Shown: positions 18,865 to 27,782 of the stretch, one piece after another
Layout of the letters: the number at the start of each line of letters is the position of its first letter
Position numbering within the stretch: the first letter of the stretch is position 1
Source of the DNA: an uncultured archaeon
GTDB taxonomy: Archaea; Asgardarchaeota; Lokiarchaeia; Sigyniarchaeales; SOKP01
Assembly (NCBI GenBank): GCA_964583985.1
Contig: CAZOYD010000007.1
Location: 33,788 to 86,383 of the forward strand
Length of the DNA: 52,596 bases
Reading direction: 5' to 3'
The notes under the pieces: generated by a model
Told to the model about the DNA's origin: nothing
The model's database searches: none
What the model saw: only the letters and a program-made list of their open reading frames with translations
Made by a program: the position numbers and the translations under genes

Positions 18865-19617
18865 TCATTCTGATGGTGGAATTTTCTGTTCAAAATTCTT
18901 CCAAAGAATATTAAATGTATATCTACCAACAATATAAGCTAAGACGGTTCCAGAAATTTCATCAAGGATGTAATGTTGCTTTACAAATAAGGTTGACAAG
19001 ATTACACCAACCGCAATGATAAAAGTTAATATTGCAACAATCTTTTTCTTTAAGTCAGGTTTTAATTTATAATACCTGTACCATGCATAAAATATTATAA
19101 CTGAAACGGCCGCATGAAGACTTGGAAAACAATTAAATGAAGTGTCGGTCCTGTAATAATCAAATATCGCTTCAGCAAGAAAATTTCCTTGGTAGGAGCT
19201 TTCGATTGGGAATAATTGTTGTCTCCACCAATAAGTTGAAACGGGAAAGACAATATAGATAATTATTGCAATTGCGTTTATAATGACTAAAGCCCATCCA
19301 AGTGCATATCCTTTTTCAGGAACAACAAAAGCGAAATATAGCATTGAGATAATTACCATAGAATAGAATATATAAATGTAAAAAATCGACATTTCCGGGA
19401 CAAAAGGAATGTAATCATCCCAGAGATAATCTAGGCGAAAACCAGTTCCTTCTGGATACAAAGAACCCGTCCATTTATAAGCAATGGTATTTAACAAGAC
19501 ATAGAACACAACAATCATTAAAACTACGTTAATTATCGTGTATGCAAGCCATTTACTCCACTTGCTCGATTTTCCCTTAAAAAAAAGTTTTTCAATCCAT
19601 TTTTCGAATTTTTTAAT
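18865..19617 (-). CDS. PAP2-superfamily membrane phosphatase/phosphotransferase (AUR1/IPC-synthase-like), probable ATT start
   Basis: NCFPSLHAA and STLFVKQHYILD motifs; frame open to ATT 19617, 5 nt after GGTGAT (first ATG is 19518). Confidence 0.8.
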   Translation of the reverse strand: MKKFEKWIEKLFFKGKSSKWSKWLAYTIINVVLMIVVFYVLLNTIAYKWTGSLYPEGTGFRLDYLWDDYIPFVPEMSIFYIYIFYSMVIISMLYFAFVVPEKGYALGWALVIINAIAIIIYIVFPVSTYWWRQQLFPIESSYQGNFLAEAIFDYYRTDTSFNCFPSLHAAVSVIIFYAWYRYYKLKPDLKKKIVAILTFIIAVGVILSTLFVKQHYILDEISGTVLAYIVGRYTFNILWKNFEQKIPPSE

Positions 19618-19788
19618 TTCATATCACCAAATTTAATGGGAACAAAATAAAGATCTAATAAAGGTGGTAATCATATTTAATTTTAAATTTTTCATCTTTA
19701 TAAGCATGAATGATAAATATTTTATTAACAAAATAATTATAGATAAGTTTTGATTTTAATTCATAATACTTATTTGATGAGATAAAAA

Positions 19789-20724
19789 TTGACGCTCGAA
19801 GAGGATAATAACAATGTAATATTTGATACAAATATTCCTGACGATAGCCCCATAAAAAAGGAACACATTAATTTACAATACCATTGGTATCTCTCCATAT
19901 TTATTATTATTTACTACATATCATACGTGATCCCGGGAATTATATTCATGTATTACATCTTACTGTTTTTTATTCCCAATTTCTTAAGAATAGACAGTCT
20001 AATCACGGTGTTCACGAATATGGAGTACTTATTTTCTTTTTTCATGCTTCCTGTTGTACTTGTATTTAGTTATTTTATCCACTTACTACTTGTGGCTCTG
20101 ATCACGCGTATTTTTTGGAGAATTACTGAAAAAATCAGCCCCTCAAAGGATGGAATTATTCCACGCAATATTGCTTCAAAAACTGCCAATTTATACCATA
20201 TTCGATCCTTCATGATTAAGTATGGAAAGAATGCATTCGTGAAGGGAATCTTACCATGGTTATCTAATTGGTTCTTTAATTTTGTGGGTGCAAGTGTTAT
20301 AGGAAAAGGCTCTACACTTGAAGAATCTGTTGTTAACGATAGAAATTCGATCGTTGGAAAGAATTGTTATGTTGGAGTCAATTCTGCATTATCAAGTCAT
20401 TTCGTTGAAGGAATCTTTGGTAATATTGTTTATTTTAAAATAAAATTAGGAGATAATGTAACACTTGGAGGGTTTAATAATATTGCCCCAGGATGTGAAA
20501 TCAGCGATAATTCATACTTGTTGCCCATGGCAGCTGCTACTAAACACAATACAACAAAAGGAGATAATTATTACTTCGGGATGCCATTACGCAGAATTTT
20601 CAAAAAAAAAATCATGGAATATTTACAAGTGACTGAGGAAGATTTAGATCGTGCAGAAGAACTTCGAAACAAACAAAAAACCCTAAATATTGAAAAAATT
20701 AGTGAGGAGAACCTAAAGGAGTGA
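19789..20724 (+). CDS. Membrane-anchored left-handed beta-helix (hexapeptide repeat) acyltransferase-like protein, subunit A, copy 1
   Basis: 2 TM, PSKDGIIPR, VGASVIGKGS, VGKNCYVG, SSHFVEG, LGDNVTLG, YFGMP. Confidence 0.8.
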   Translation: MTLEEDNNNVIFDTNIPDDSPIKKEHINLQYHWYLSIFIIIYYISYVIPGIIFMYYILLFFIPNFLRIDSLITVFTNMEYLFSFFMLPVVLVFSYFIHLLLVALITRIFWRITEKISPSKDGIIPRNIASKTANLYHIRSFMIKYGKNAFVKGILPWLSNWFFNFVGASVIGKGSTLEESVVNDRNSIVGKNCYVGVNSALSSHFVEGIFGNIVYFKIKLGDNVTLGGFNNIAPGCEISDNSYLLPMAAATKHNTTKGDNYYFGMPLRRIFKKKIMEYLQVTEEDLDRAEELRNKQKTLNIEKISEENLKE

Positions 20725-20730
20725 TGAGTT

Positions 20731-21642
20731 ATGGAAAATGATGACATAGATAGTAATATAAACACTGAAGAAAGTAGTAATGAAAGTAGCGATGATGATT
20801 TTTCTATTGATTTTACAACAAGTTCTGCTATAAGTAGTGTCGGACTCAAATTTCTTGTCCTATATATACCAATTTTTTGGTTCAGTGGACTTGTTGTTGC
20901 GACTTTTTGGTATGGATATGCTGCTGGTTCAACGTTTTGGATAATAAAACTATTATATTTACCGTTATTTCTGTTATCTCTGATGTTTCTTTTCATTTTC
21001 ACGAGTTTTTTCTTTTGCAAACTGTTATTAATTCTAATAAATTTGATGTGTGTTCCAAAAGAAGGTATTTTTCGAATTGATACTAAAGATCCAAATTTCG
21101 AATTCTGGAAATTGAGAATCGAACTGAAAAAAATTGTGTTATGGTTCTTACGAAATTGGCCATTACCTTGGCTAGATGTGCTAGCTTTTCGCTTTTTCGG
21201 GGTAAAAATAGACTTTTCAAGCCATCTTAATGATGCATGGGTAGATTGCGAATTCATCGAATTCGGCAACAATATAACAGTCGGCCAAGGGGCTGTTTTG
21301 ATGAGTTCCATGATTGTTGGCAACTTTTTAATTATAAAAAAGATAACCTTGGATGATTTTTCCTTAATTGGAGGCCAAAGCACAATAGCTCCAGGAACTC
21401 ATTTTGGAAAAGATACCGTTTTAGGAGCAGTATCGGTCACCACGCTAAACCAGCGTTTAGAAGATGGATGGATTTATGGAGGAATTCCGGCCCGTAAGTT
21501 TAAACCTAATAAATATGCGGAAGAACGCACTTCAACTATCCATAAAGTCGATGTAGATGAAGAAGAAAAAGTTGAAGTTGAATATGACATTAATATTGAT
21601 GAAAATAAAAGAAAATTTTTAAAAAGGGGTTCTAAAGAATGA
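20731..21642 (+). CDS. Membrane-anchored LbH acyltransferase-like protein, subunit B, copy 1
   Basis: 2 TM, PKEGIF, FFGVKID, FGNNITVGQG, IAPGTHFG, WIYGGIPA. Confidence 0.8.
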   Translation: MENDDIDSNINTEESSNESSDDDFSIDFTTSSAISSVGLKFLVLYIPIFWFSGLVVATFWYGYAAGSTFWIIKLLYLPLFLLSLMFLFIFTSFFFCKLLLILINLMCVPKEGIFRIDTKDPNFEFWKLRIELKKIVLWFLRNWPLPWLDVLAFRFFGVKIDFSSHLNDAWVDCEFIEFGNNITVGQGAVLMSSMIVGNFLIIKKITLDDFSLIGGQSTIAPGTHFGKDTVLGAVSVTTLNQRLEDGWIYGGIPARKFKPNKYAEERTSTIHKVDVDEEEKVEVEYDINIDENKRKFLKRGSKE

Positions 21643-22571
21643 GCGTACCTAATTCGATGCGCGTGGGTCCATTTTGTGCTTCTGTGTTGGTCAAGAAGAG
21701 ATATTTATTCTTGTACATATTTTTGATTTGGATAAGTATACTCCCAGGATTATTGGAACTATGGGCATATTGGCAAGCACTATGGAATGATGTACGACCG
21801 CTTTTTTTTTACGTGTATTTACCTCTTTTATTACTTGCAATTTATATTACTACGGTAATTGCCGCAATAATTTTCACGAAAATGGTGTTAATTGTTATAA
21901 ATATCTTGCATAAACCAAAAGAAGGTGTATTTTTACGTCACCCCTCTGATAAGGATTATAGATATTGGTCATTAAGGAATACTATTAAAAAATGGCCAAC
22001 TTGGCTTTCTCATAAATTTCCTTTCCCATTTCTCGATAATCTCTGTTTTAAAGTTTTTAATGTAAAAACAACTTTTTCTAATAGCTTGTTTGAAGGATGG
22101 GTGGACACGGAATTCATTTCGTTTGGAAAAAACGTGGTTTGTGGTCAAGGTGCAATCATTCAATCCAGTGTTATAATTGGTAATTTTTTAATAATAAGAA
22201 AAACCATAATTGAGGATAATGTTAGGATAGGAGCTCATGTAATAGTAATGCCTGGTACTCACATTGGGAGAAACTCTATCTTAAATACATGGTCCTCTAC
22301 AATGATAGGACAGGAATTGGAAGAAGGGTGGATATATAATGGCGGTCCAGCTAAAAAATTCAAAAAAAACAGGTTTTTCGAAGACATTCCGATCGAAAAG
22401 CTTTCTCAAAAAGTAGGAGATTATGAAGGATTGCTGAAAAAGTATGATGAACAATATGTTAAGCGGGAAGTGAAAAAACGTCGTTTGTTAGAAAAAAATA
22501 TTAAACCATCCTTCCACTTAAAAGATAGATTACATCTGAGAAAAGATAAAGATAATGATGACGAAAATTAA
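21639..22571 (+). CDS. Membrane-anchored LbH acyltransferase-like protein, subunit C, copy 1
   Basis: 2 TM, PKEGVF, FGKNVVCGQG, VMPGTHIG, WIYNGGPA; ATGA overlap with subunit B. Confidence 0.8.
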   Translation: MSVPNSMRVGPFCASVLVKKRYLFLYIFLIWISILPGLLELWAYWQALWNDVRPLFFYVYLPLLLLAIYITTVIAAIIFTKMVLIVINILHKPKEGVFLRHPSDKDYRYWSLRNTIKKWPTWLSHKFPFPFLDNLCFKVFNVKTTFSNSLFEGWVDTEFISFGKNVVCGQGAIIQSSVIIGNFLIIRKTIIEDNVRIGAHVIVMPGTHIGRNSILNTWSSTMIGQELEEGWIYNGGPAKKFKKNRFFEDIPIEKLSQKVGDYEGLLKKYDEQYVKREVKKRRLLEKNIKPSFHLKDRLHLRKDKDNDDEN

Positions 22572-22590
22572 AAGGCATTCCCTTTAATAT

Positions 22591-22983
22591 TCAAATTTCT
22601 ATTTTCAATTGATTTTTTAAATATTTTATAATATCTAAGCATGTTTTTTTCCTTTTTTTTTTATCTGGGTATAATAGAGAGGATTTTGGACAATCATCGT
22701 CGAGCGTGCATTTATGATTATCAATATCGTAAATTAAAGGATAAAATCTGCATCCTTGTGGTCTAATGTCATAAATATGACACTTTTTTGAAATGAGGTC
22801 ATAGAAATAGCAGTGATGATCTTGATTTCTTAATTGTAACCATCCATCTCTACCAACAAAACAAAAATCATCTTGCTTCATTTCTCCCTTGAAACTTCTC
22901 ATTATTCGTGTCACATCTTCTTGAGAAAGGATCATTTCAGTTTCCAAACAACATTTTCCGCAATCGAAACAGATGTTAGTCAT
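22591..22983 (-). CDS. YkgJ-family CxxCxxCC cysteine-cluster protein
   Basis: CFDCGKCC ... CYFYD...CHIYDIRPQGCRFYP. Confidence 0.88.
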   Translation of the reverse strand: MTNICFDCGKCCLETEMILSQEDVTRIMRSFKGEMKQDDFCFVGRDGWLQLRNQDHHCYFYDLISKKCHIYDIRPQGCRFYPLIYDIDNHKCTLDDDCPKSSLLYPDKKKRKKTCLDIIKYLKNQLKIEI

Positions 22984-23133
22984 ATTGATAGATAAATTAA
23001 TTTATTACTTACATAATTCATTTCATTCTTTTTGTATTTTTTTTATTTTAAAGATATTTTTATCCATTAGGTAAATTTTAAAATCTTAAAACATTAAGTC
23101 AGTTATATAAAAATTATTGGTGAAATTGTAAAA

Positions 23134-25047
23134 ATGTTGGAGGATTCTTTAGAAAGAGGTTCAAAAATAGAGGAGATTCCTAAAGCAGAAGTTATAAAAG
23201 AGGAAATAAATATGCAATTTGGATGGTATATCTTCATTTTTATCACAATATACTATCTTTCTTGGTTATTAGCTGGTTTCGTATTTTTCTTATATTTCCT
23301 CATTGAATTCATGCCAAACGTCCTCCAAGTTAGCTCTTTTATTACCATATTTACAGAACCAAAATCTATAATCTCGTTATTGTTAATGCCATTGATAGTA
23401 ATCGCTTGCTACGTTATTAGATTGATATCTGTTGCTATAACAACGCGTATTTTTTGGCGAATTACGGAGAGAATTTCTCCTAGCAAAGATGGAGTAATTC
23501 CAAGAAATATTAGATCTAAGGCAGCTGATTATTACCATCTTCGATCTTTCATGTTGAAATATGGTAAGAATCTTTTTACGAAGGGAATGTTTCCATGGTT
23601 ATCTAACTGGTTCTTTAATTTTGTAGGATCATCAAAAATAGGTAAAGGGACAACTTTAGAAGAGTCTGTTGCTTCAGATAAATTTATTACAGTTGGAAAT
23701 AATACCTACATGGGCGTGAACGCAACACTGGCGAGCCACCTCGTTCAAGGTATATTTGGGAACATTCAATATTTTCGAATGCATATCGGAAATAATGTAA
23801 CAATTGGTGCAATGGATCAGATTGGACCGGGTAGCGATATTATGGATGGCTCATATCTCTTACCCCTTGCATCAACGAATAGACATAGTGTTTTAAAAGG
23901 GGGAAACAATTACTATTTTGGCATTCCTCTCAGAAAAATATTCATGAAAAAGACAATGAACTACTTGGGATTAACTGAGGAAGATTTAGAAAAAAATGAG
24001 AACCTTGAAGCCTACCTAGAAAGAAATAAGGAAAAAGTTACCCGTAAAGAGAAAAAAAGAAAGAAAAATAATGAGATGAAAAGTGTATCATCAGAAGCTA
24101 ACACCACAGAAATAAAAGAAGTACAAAAAGAAAAAATAGATGTAGAAAGTCTTACTAAAGAAGATCTCTCCATAGATTTCACAACGTCGAGTGCAATTAG
24201 TAGGATTAATATTAAATTCCTTTTAGTCTATGTTCCGATTTTATGGCTTGCAGGATTAATTATTTCCATATTCTGGTATGAATATACAAAAGGAGCTTGG
24301 AATTTTTCAAATCAAACTAATCTAATTTATTCAATTTTCAAAAATATCAGCACAATTCTCTTTCTTCCTCTCGCGATTTTAATCATGATTTATCTCTTCA
24401 TTTTAGGTGTATTGATCTTTAGCAAATTATTATTAATATTCATCAACTTGATACATCAGCCAAAGGAAGGCATTTTTTTGGCAGAAGTAAGAAATCCTGA
24501 TTATGATTTTTGGATGTTTCGTACAGAACTAAAGAAAATTACTTTATGGCTTTTAAGAAATAGTCCCGTACCCTGGGCCGATTTTATAGCATTGAAGTGG
24601 TTTGGAGTAAATATGGATAGTTCAAGTCATTTATATGATGCGTGGTGTGATGTAGATTTCATCTCGATTGGAAGAAAAGTTCTTATTGGTCAAGGGGCTA
24701 CGATCATGTCATCCATGGTAATTGGAAAATATTTGATTATTAAGCGCGTGGTGTTTGATGACTATGTCATGGTGGGTGGTCATACTACTATAGCACCAGG
24801 TACAATCATGGGGCACGATTCTGTTATAGGGGCAATCAGCTCCACGACTTATAAACGTATTCTCAATCCAAATTATATTTACTTTGGAATTCCCGCCATT
24901 CCCTTGAAAGAAAATAAATATGCTGAAGAACGAAGGGATCTTGTAGTAAAAAGACACGTAGATGAATCAAAAAAAACTGAAGAAACTCATGAAGTCAATA
25001 TCGATGAAGATAAAAAGAAATTTATTAAAATCGGAGACGGTAAGTAA
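23134..25047 (+). CDS. Fused A+B membrane-anchored LbH acyltransferase-like protein, copy 2
   Basis: N-half aligns to 19789-20724 (PSKDGVIPRNI, PWLSNWFFNFVG); C-half aligns to 20731-21642 (SIDFTTSSAIS, NKYAEER); charged linker. Confidence 0.85.
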   Translation: MLEDSLERGSKIEEIPKAEVIKEEINMQFGWYIFIFITIYYLSWLLAGFVFFLYFLIEFMPNVLQVSSFITIFTEPKSIISLLLMPLIVIACYVIRLISVAITTRIFWRITERISPSKDGVIPRNIRSKAADYYHLRSFMLKYGKNLFTKGMFPWLSNWFFNFVGSSKIGKGTTLEESVASDKFITVGNNTYMGVNATLASHLVQGIFGNIQYFRMHIGNNVTIGAMDQIGPGSDIMDGSYLLPLASTNRHSVLKGGNNYYFGIPLRKIFMKKTMNYLGLTEEDLEKNENLEAYLERNKEKVTRKEKKRKKNNEMKSVSSEANTTEIKEVQKEKIDVESLTKEDLSIDFTTSSAISRINIKFLLVYVPILWLAGLIISIFWYEYTKGAWNFSNQTNLIYSIFKNISTILFLPLAILIMIYLFILGVLIFSKLLLIFINLIHQPKEGIFLAEVRNPDYDFWMFRTELKKITLWLLRNSPVPWADFIALKWFGVNMDSSSHLYDAWCDVDFISIGRKVLIGQGATIMSSMVIGKYLIIKRVVFDDYVMVGGHTTIAPGTIMGHDSVIGAISSTTYKRILNPNYIYFGIPAIPLKENKYAEERRDLVVKRHVDESKKTEETHEVNIDEDKKKFIKIGDGK

Positions 25048-25053
25048 ATTATC

Positions 25054-26004
25054 ATGTCAATTCCAAATTCCATGCGGGTGGGTCCTTTTCTGCCTACTAT
25101 TTTAGTAAAGAAAAGATATTTAATTTTTTACATATTAATAGTCTGGTTGAGCGCAATTCCCCTTTTTATTGAATTTTGGGTTTACTATCGTTTTGTTTGG
25201 AGCTCTATTCGACCAATTTTCTTCTTTATATATCTACCCTTGTTATTATTGCCGATGTATTTAACCTTAGCATTTTCTGCGATGATTTGGGCTAAATTAA
25301 TCTTGATTTTTGTTAATTGGTCCCATTCTCCTCGTGAAGGCGTGTTTTTACGTCACCCTTCTGATAAGGATTATAGATATTGGTCATTAAGGAATACGAT
25401 TAAAAGATGGCCTTTTTGGGTCTGTCATAGATTTCCGTTTCCTTTTTTGGATAATGTTTGCTTTAAAGTCTTTAATGTGAAGACTAAATTTTCTAATTCC
25501 TTGTTTGAGGGATGGGTGGACACTGAATTCATTTCGTTTGGAAAAGACGTTGTTTGTGGTCAAGGTGCGATCATTCAATCCAGTGTAATAATTGGAAATC
25601 TCCTGATTATTAAAAAAACAATTATAGAGGATGATGTCAGGATTGGATCACACGCCATTGTCATGCCAGGAACCCACATTGGAAATAAAAGCGTGTTAGC
25701 AGCAAATTCGGTGACCACGGTAGGACAAGTTTTAAAAGATAATTGGATTTATGTTGGTATTCCATGCAAGGAATTTAAACGAAATTGGTTTTTTGAAGAT
25801 GGATTAGAAGATAAGTTAGGCGTGGCTGAAGATATTAATGCATTACTGGGAAAATATGAAAAAATCATTACTAAGGTAAGATGGACTGAAGGTCTCACCT
25901 TAAAAGAACGTAAGGCGATAAAACGGCAACAAAAGGAAGCTGAGGAACGCCGTTGGGAGCTCAGTAAAGAGAGGGATGAGGAAAACCACGAAGACGTGTT
26001 CTAA
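25054..26004 (+). CDS. Membrane-anchored LbH acyltransferase-like protein, subunit C, copy 2
   Basis: Paralog of 21639-22571 (MSIPNSMRVGPF, FLRHPSDKDYRYWSLRNTIK, NSLFEGWVDTEFISFG). Confidence 0.85.
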   Translation: MSIPNSMRVGPFLPTILVKKRYLIFYILIVWLSAIPLFIEFWVYYRFVWSSIRPIFFFIYLPLLLLPMYLTLAFSAMIWAKLILIFVNWSHSPREGVFLRHPSDKDYRYWSLRNTIKRWPFWVCHRFPFPFLDNVCFKVFNVKTKFSNSLFEGWVDTEFISFGKDVVCGQGAIIQSSVIIGNLLIIKKTIIEDDVRIGSHAIVMPGTHIGNKSVLAANSVTTVGQVLKDNWIYVGIPCKEFKRNWFFEDGLEDKLGVAEDINALLGKYEKIITKVRWTEGLTLKERKAIKRQQKEAEERRWELSKERDEENHEDVF

Positions 26005-26841
26005 TTATTGATTAATTGTTCCATATCGTCGTAGAAAGTTAGAGATAAGAGCATAATAAAGCTCTGAATTATTAGTCGGAAGCATGTGATCTGAATTAGG
26101 TGCAATCGCAAGCTCTGAATATGGTATGAGTCGATAAATTTCCACGGCTTCTTCAACAGGGATATCATCATGATCAGCATGAACGATAAGTACAGGTAAG
26201 GTGATGTTTTTTATTTTTTCTCCAAGAAATTCTTCGTGGCTTAACCAAACTTTTGATATTTCTACCATAAATTTCTTCCAATAATCAAGTCCATAGACTG
26301 GTGAATAAGCTTCTTGTAAAACGGGAATATATTCCTTAAAAAAATTCTCGAATATCTCAAAATTTACAACTCCTGGGTTCAAAAAACCAATTTCGTTAAG
26401 ACTTTTAATATATGATTCTGAAATTTTTATTAATACTCCTGAAACGACAATAGCTTTAATTAATTCGGGATAATTCAAAGCTAATTCTAACGCAATTTGT
26501 CCGCCATCACTCTGTCCACAAATCAATGGTTTTTCCAGATTTAAAACGGTAATCAATTCAGCAATATCATCTGCAATTAGTTTATAACTCAATTTACCAG
26601 TTGGATTATCAGTTTTTCCGTGACCTCGATAATCAGGTGCAATAATATGAAAATTTTTCGAAAGTTTAGGAATTAGATTTCCCCAATTTATCTTCGCAGT
26701 TGATAACCCACCATGGAGTAAAATTATAGGATATCCTTCTCCTTGTTCTAAATAAAAGGTATTAATTCCATTTGCTATGATATGTTTTTCCTTTATCTGA
26801 TTTTTCAATTTTACATCACAATTTATTGTTTGAAAATTCAT
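26005..26841 (-). CDS. Alpha/beta-fold hydrolase
   Basis: LLHGG, DYRGHGKTD, GQSDGG nucleophile elbow, C-terminal D and H. Confidence 0.9.
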   Translation of the reverse strand: MNFQTINCDVKLKNQIKEKHIIANGINTFYLEQGEGYPIILLHGGLSTAKINWGNLIPKLSKNFHIIAPDYRGHGKTDNPTGKLSYKLIADDIAELITVLNLEKPLICGQSDGGQIALELALNYPELIKAIVVSGVLIKISESYIKSLNEIGFLNPGVVNFEIFENFFKEYIPVLQEAYSPVYGLDYWKKFMVEISKVWLSHEEFLGEKIKNITLPVLIVHADHDDIPVEEAVEIYRLIPYSELAIAPNSDHMLPTNNSELYYALISNFLRRYGTINQ

Positions 26842-26857
26842 TTAATGAGAATGGAAG

Positions 26858-27565
26858 TTATTTAATGATGAAATACATTCTTCGGTTTTTAGCACCTTTA
26901 TTGACTGTTTTAATCAATTTAATAGTACCTATTTCTTTCAAATGCTGAATATGAGTTCCACCATCAACTTGTTCATCAATGTCACCTATTCTTACGATGC
27001 GAAATTCTTTAAGCCCTTTAGGTAATCCCAAGGCTAAACGAGCAAGTTCTGGTTTCTTCATGACTTCCTCACGATTCATGTAATCGACAGTTACCGGCAG
27101 ATCTTGTTGAATAATATCGTTAGCTTCATCTACAAAAGCTTGAAGCTTCTCGGGAGAATAATCTTCCATTGAAAAATCCATTCGACATTTATCCATTTCA
27201 ATCTGATTGCCCGTAATTTTAGCGTTCGCTTTTCTATATAATAAATTACTGATCAAATGACAAGCTGTATGGGACCTCATAAAAGTGTATCGCCGCTCCC
27301 AATCGATCTTACATGATACAAGATCTCCCTCTATCAAACCTGGTTTATCAACTTCATGACTGATTTCTCCTGAAAATTTACCCACATACACGACGCTAAA
27401 CTTTTCTCCATTTTTAGTAATTATTCCCTCGTCATGAGGCTGACCGCCAGATTTTGGATAATAAGCAGTTCTGTCGAGAATAACAAATTTCCCTTCAGTG
27501 ACTTTCAGTACTTTTGCATCCCATACTTTCAAGTAAGAATCATTCATATATAACGCATTGGCCAT
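26858..27565 (-). CDS. alaXM: Free-standing alanyl-tRNA editing protein (AlaX-M)
   Basis: LYMNDSYLK, RTAYYPKSGGQPHDEG, MRSHTACH, DGGTH, KGAKNRR. Confidence 0.9.
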   Translation of the reverse strand: MANALYMNDSYLKVWDAKVLKVTEGKFVILDRTAYYPKSGGQPHDEGIITKNGEKFSVVYVGKFSGEISHEVDKPGLIEGDLVSCKIDWERRYTFMRSHTACHLISNLLYRKANAKITGNQIEMDKCRMDFSMEDYSPEKLQAFVDEANDIIQQDLPVTVDYMNREEVMKKPELARLALGLPKGLKEFRIVRIGDIDEQVDGGTHIQHLKEIGTIKLIKTVNKGAKNRRMYFIIK

Positions 27566-27782
27566 AGTTTAAACAAAGAATGATTTTTTTAAATTGTTAT
27601 TATATCATACATATTTTTCATTTAATAGGGATCTACCTACGGTAATGATGCTCTAACATTTGAATCGATATATTCAATTTAAATTTAGTTTAGACAAAAT
27701 TGTAATTTTGATTAATCAAATTTGATACATTTTCTATCTATATATCTCATTATATTATATAAAACAATGAAATTTGATTATC

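Noticed and set aside
26858-27565. AlaX zinc motif reads DGGTH rather than CGGTH
   Set aside because: I recall the Asp variant occurring in other free-standing AlaX proteins, and HxxxH is intact; not evidence of novelty
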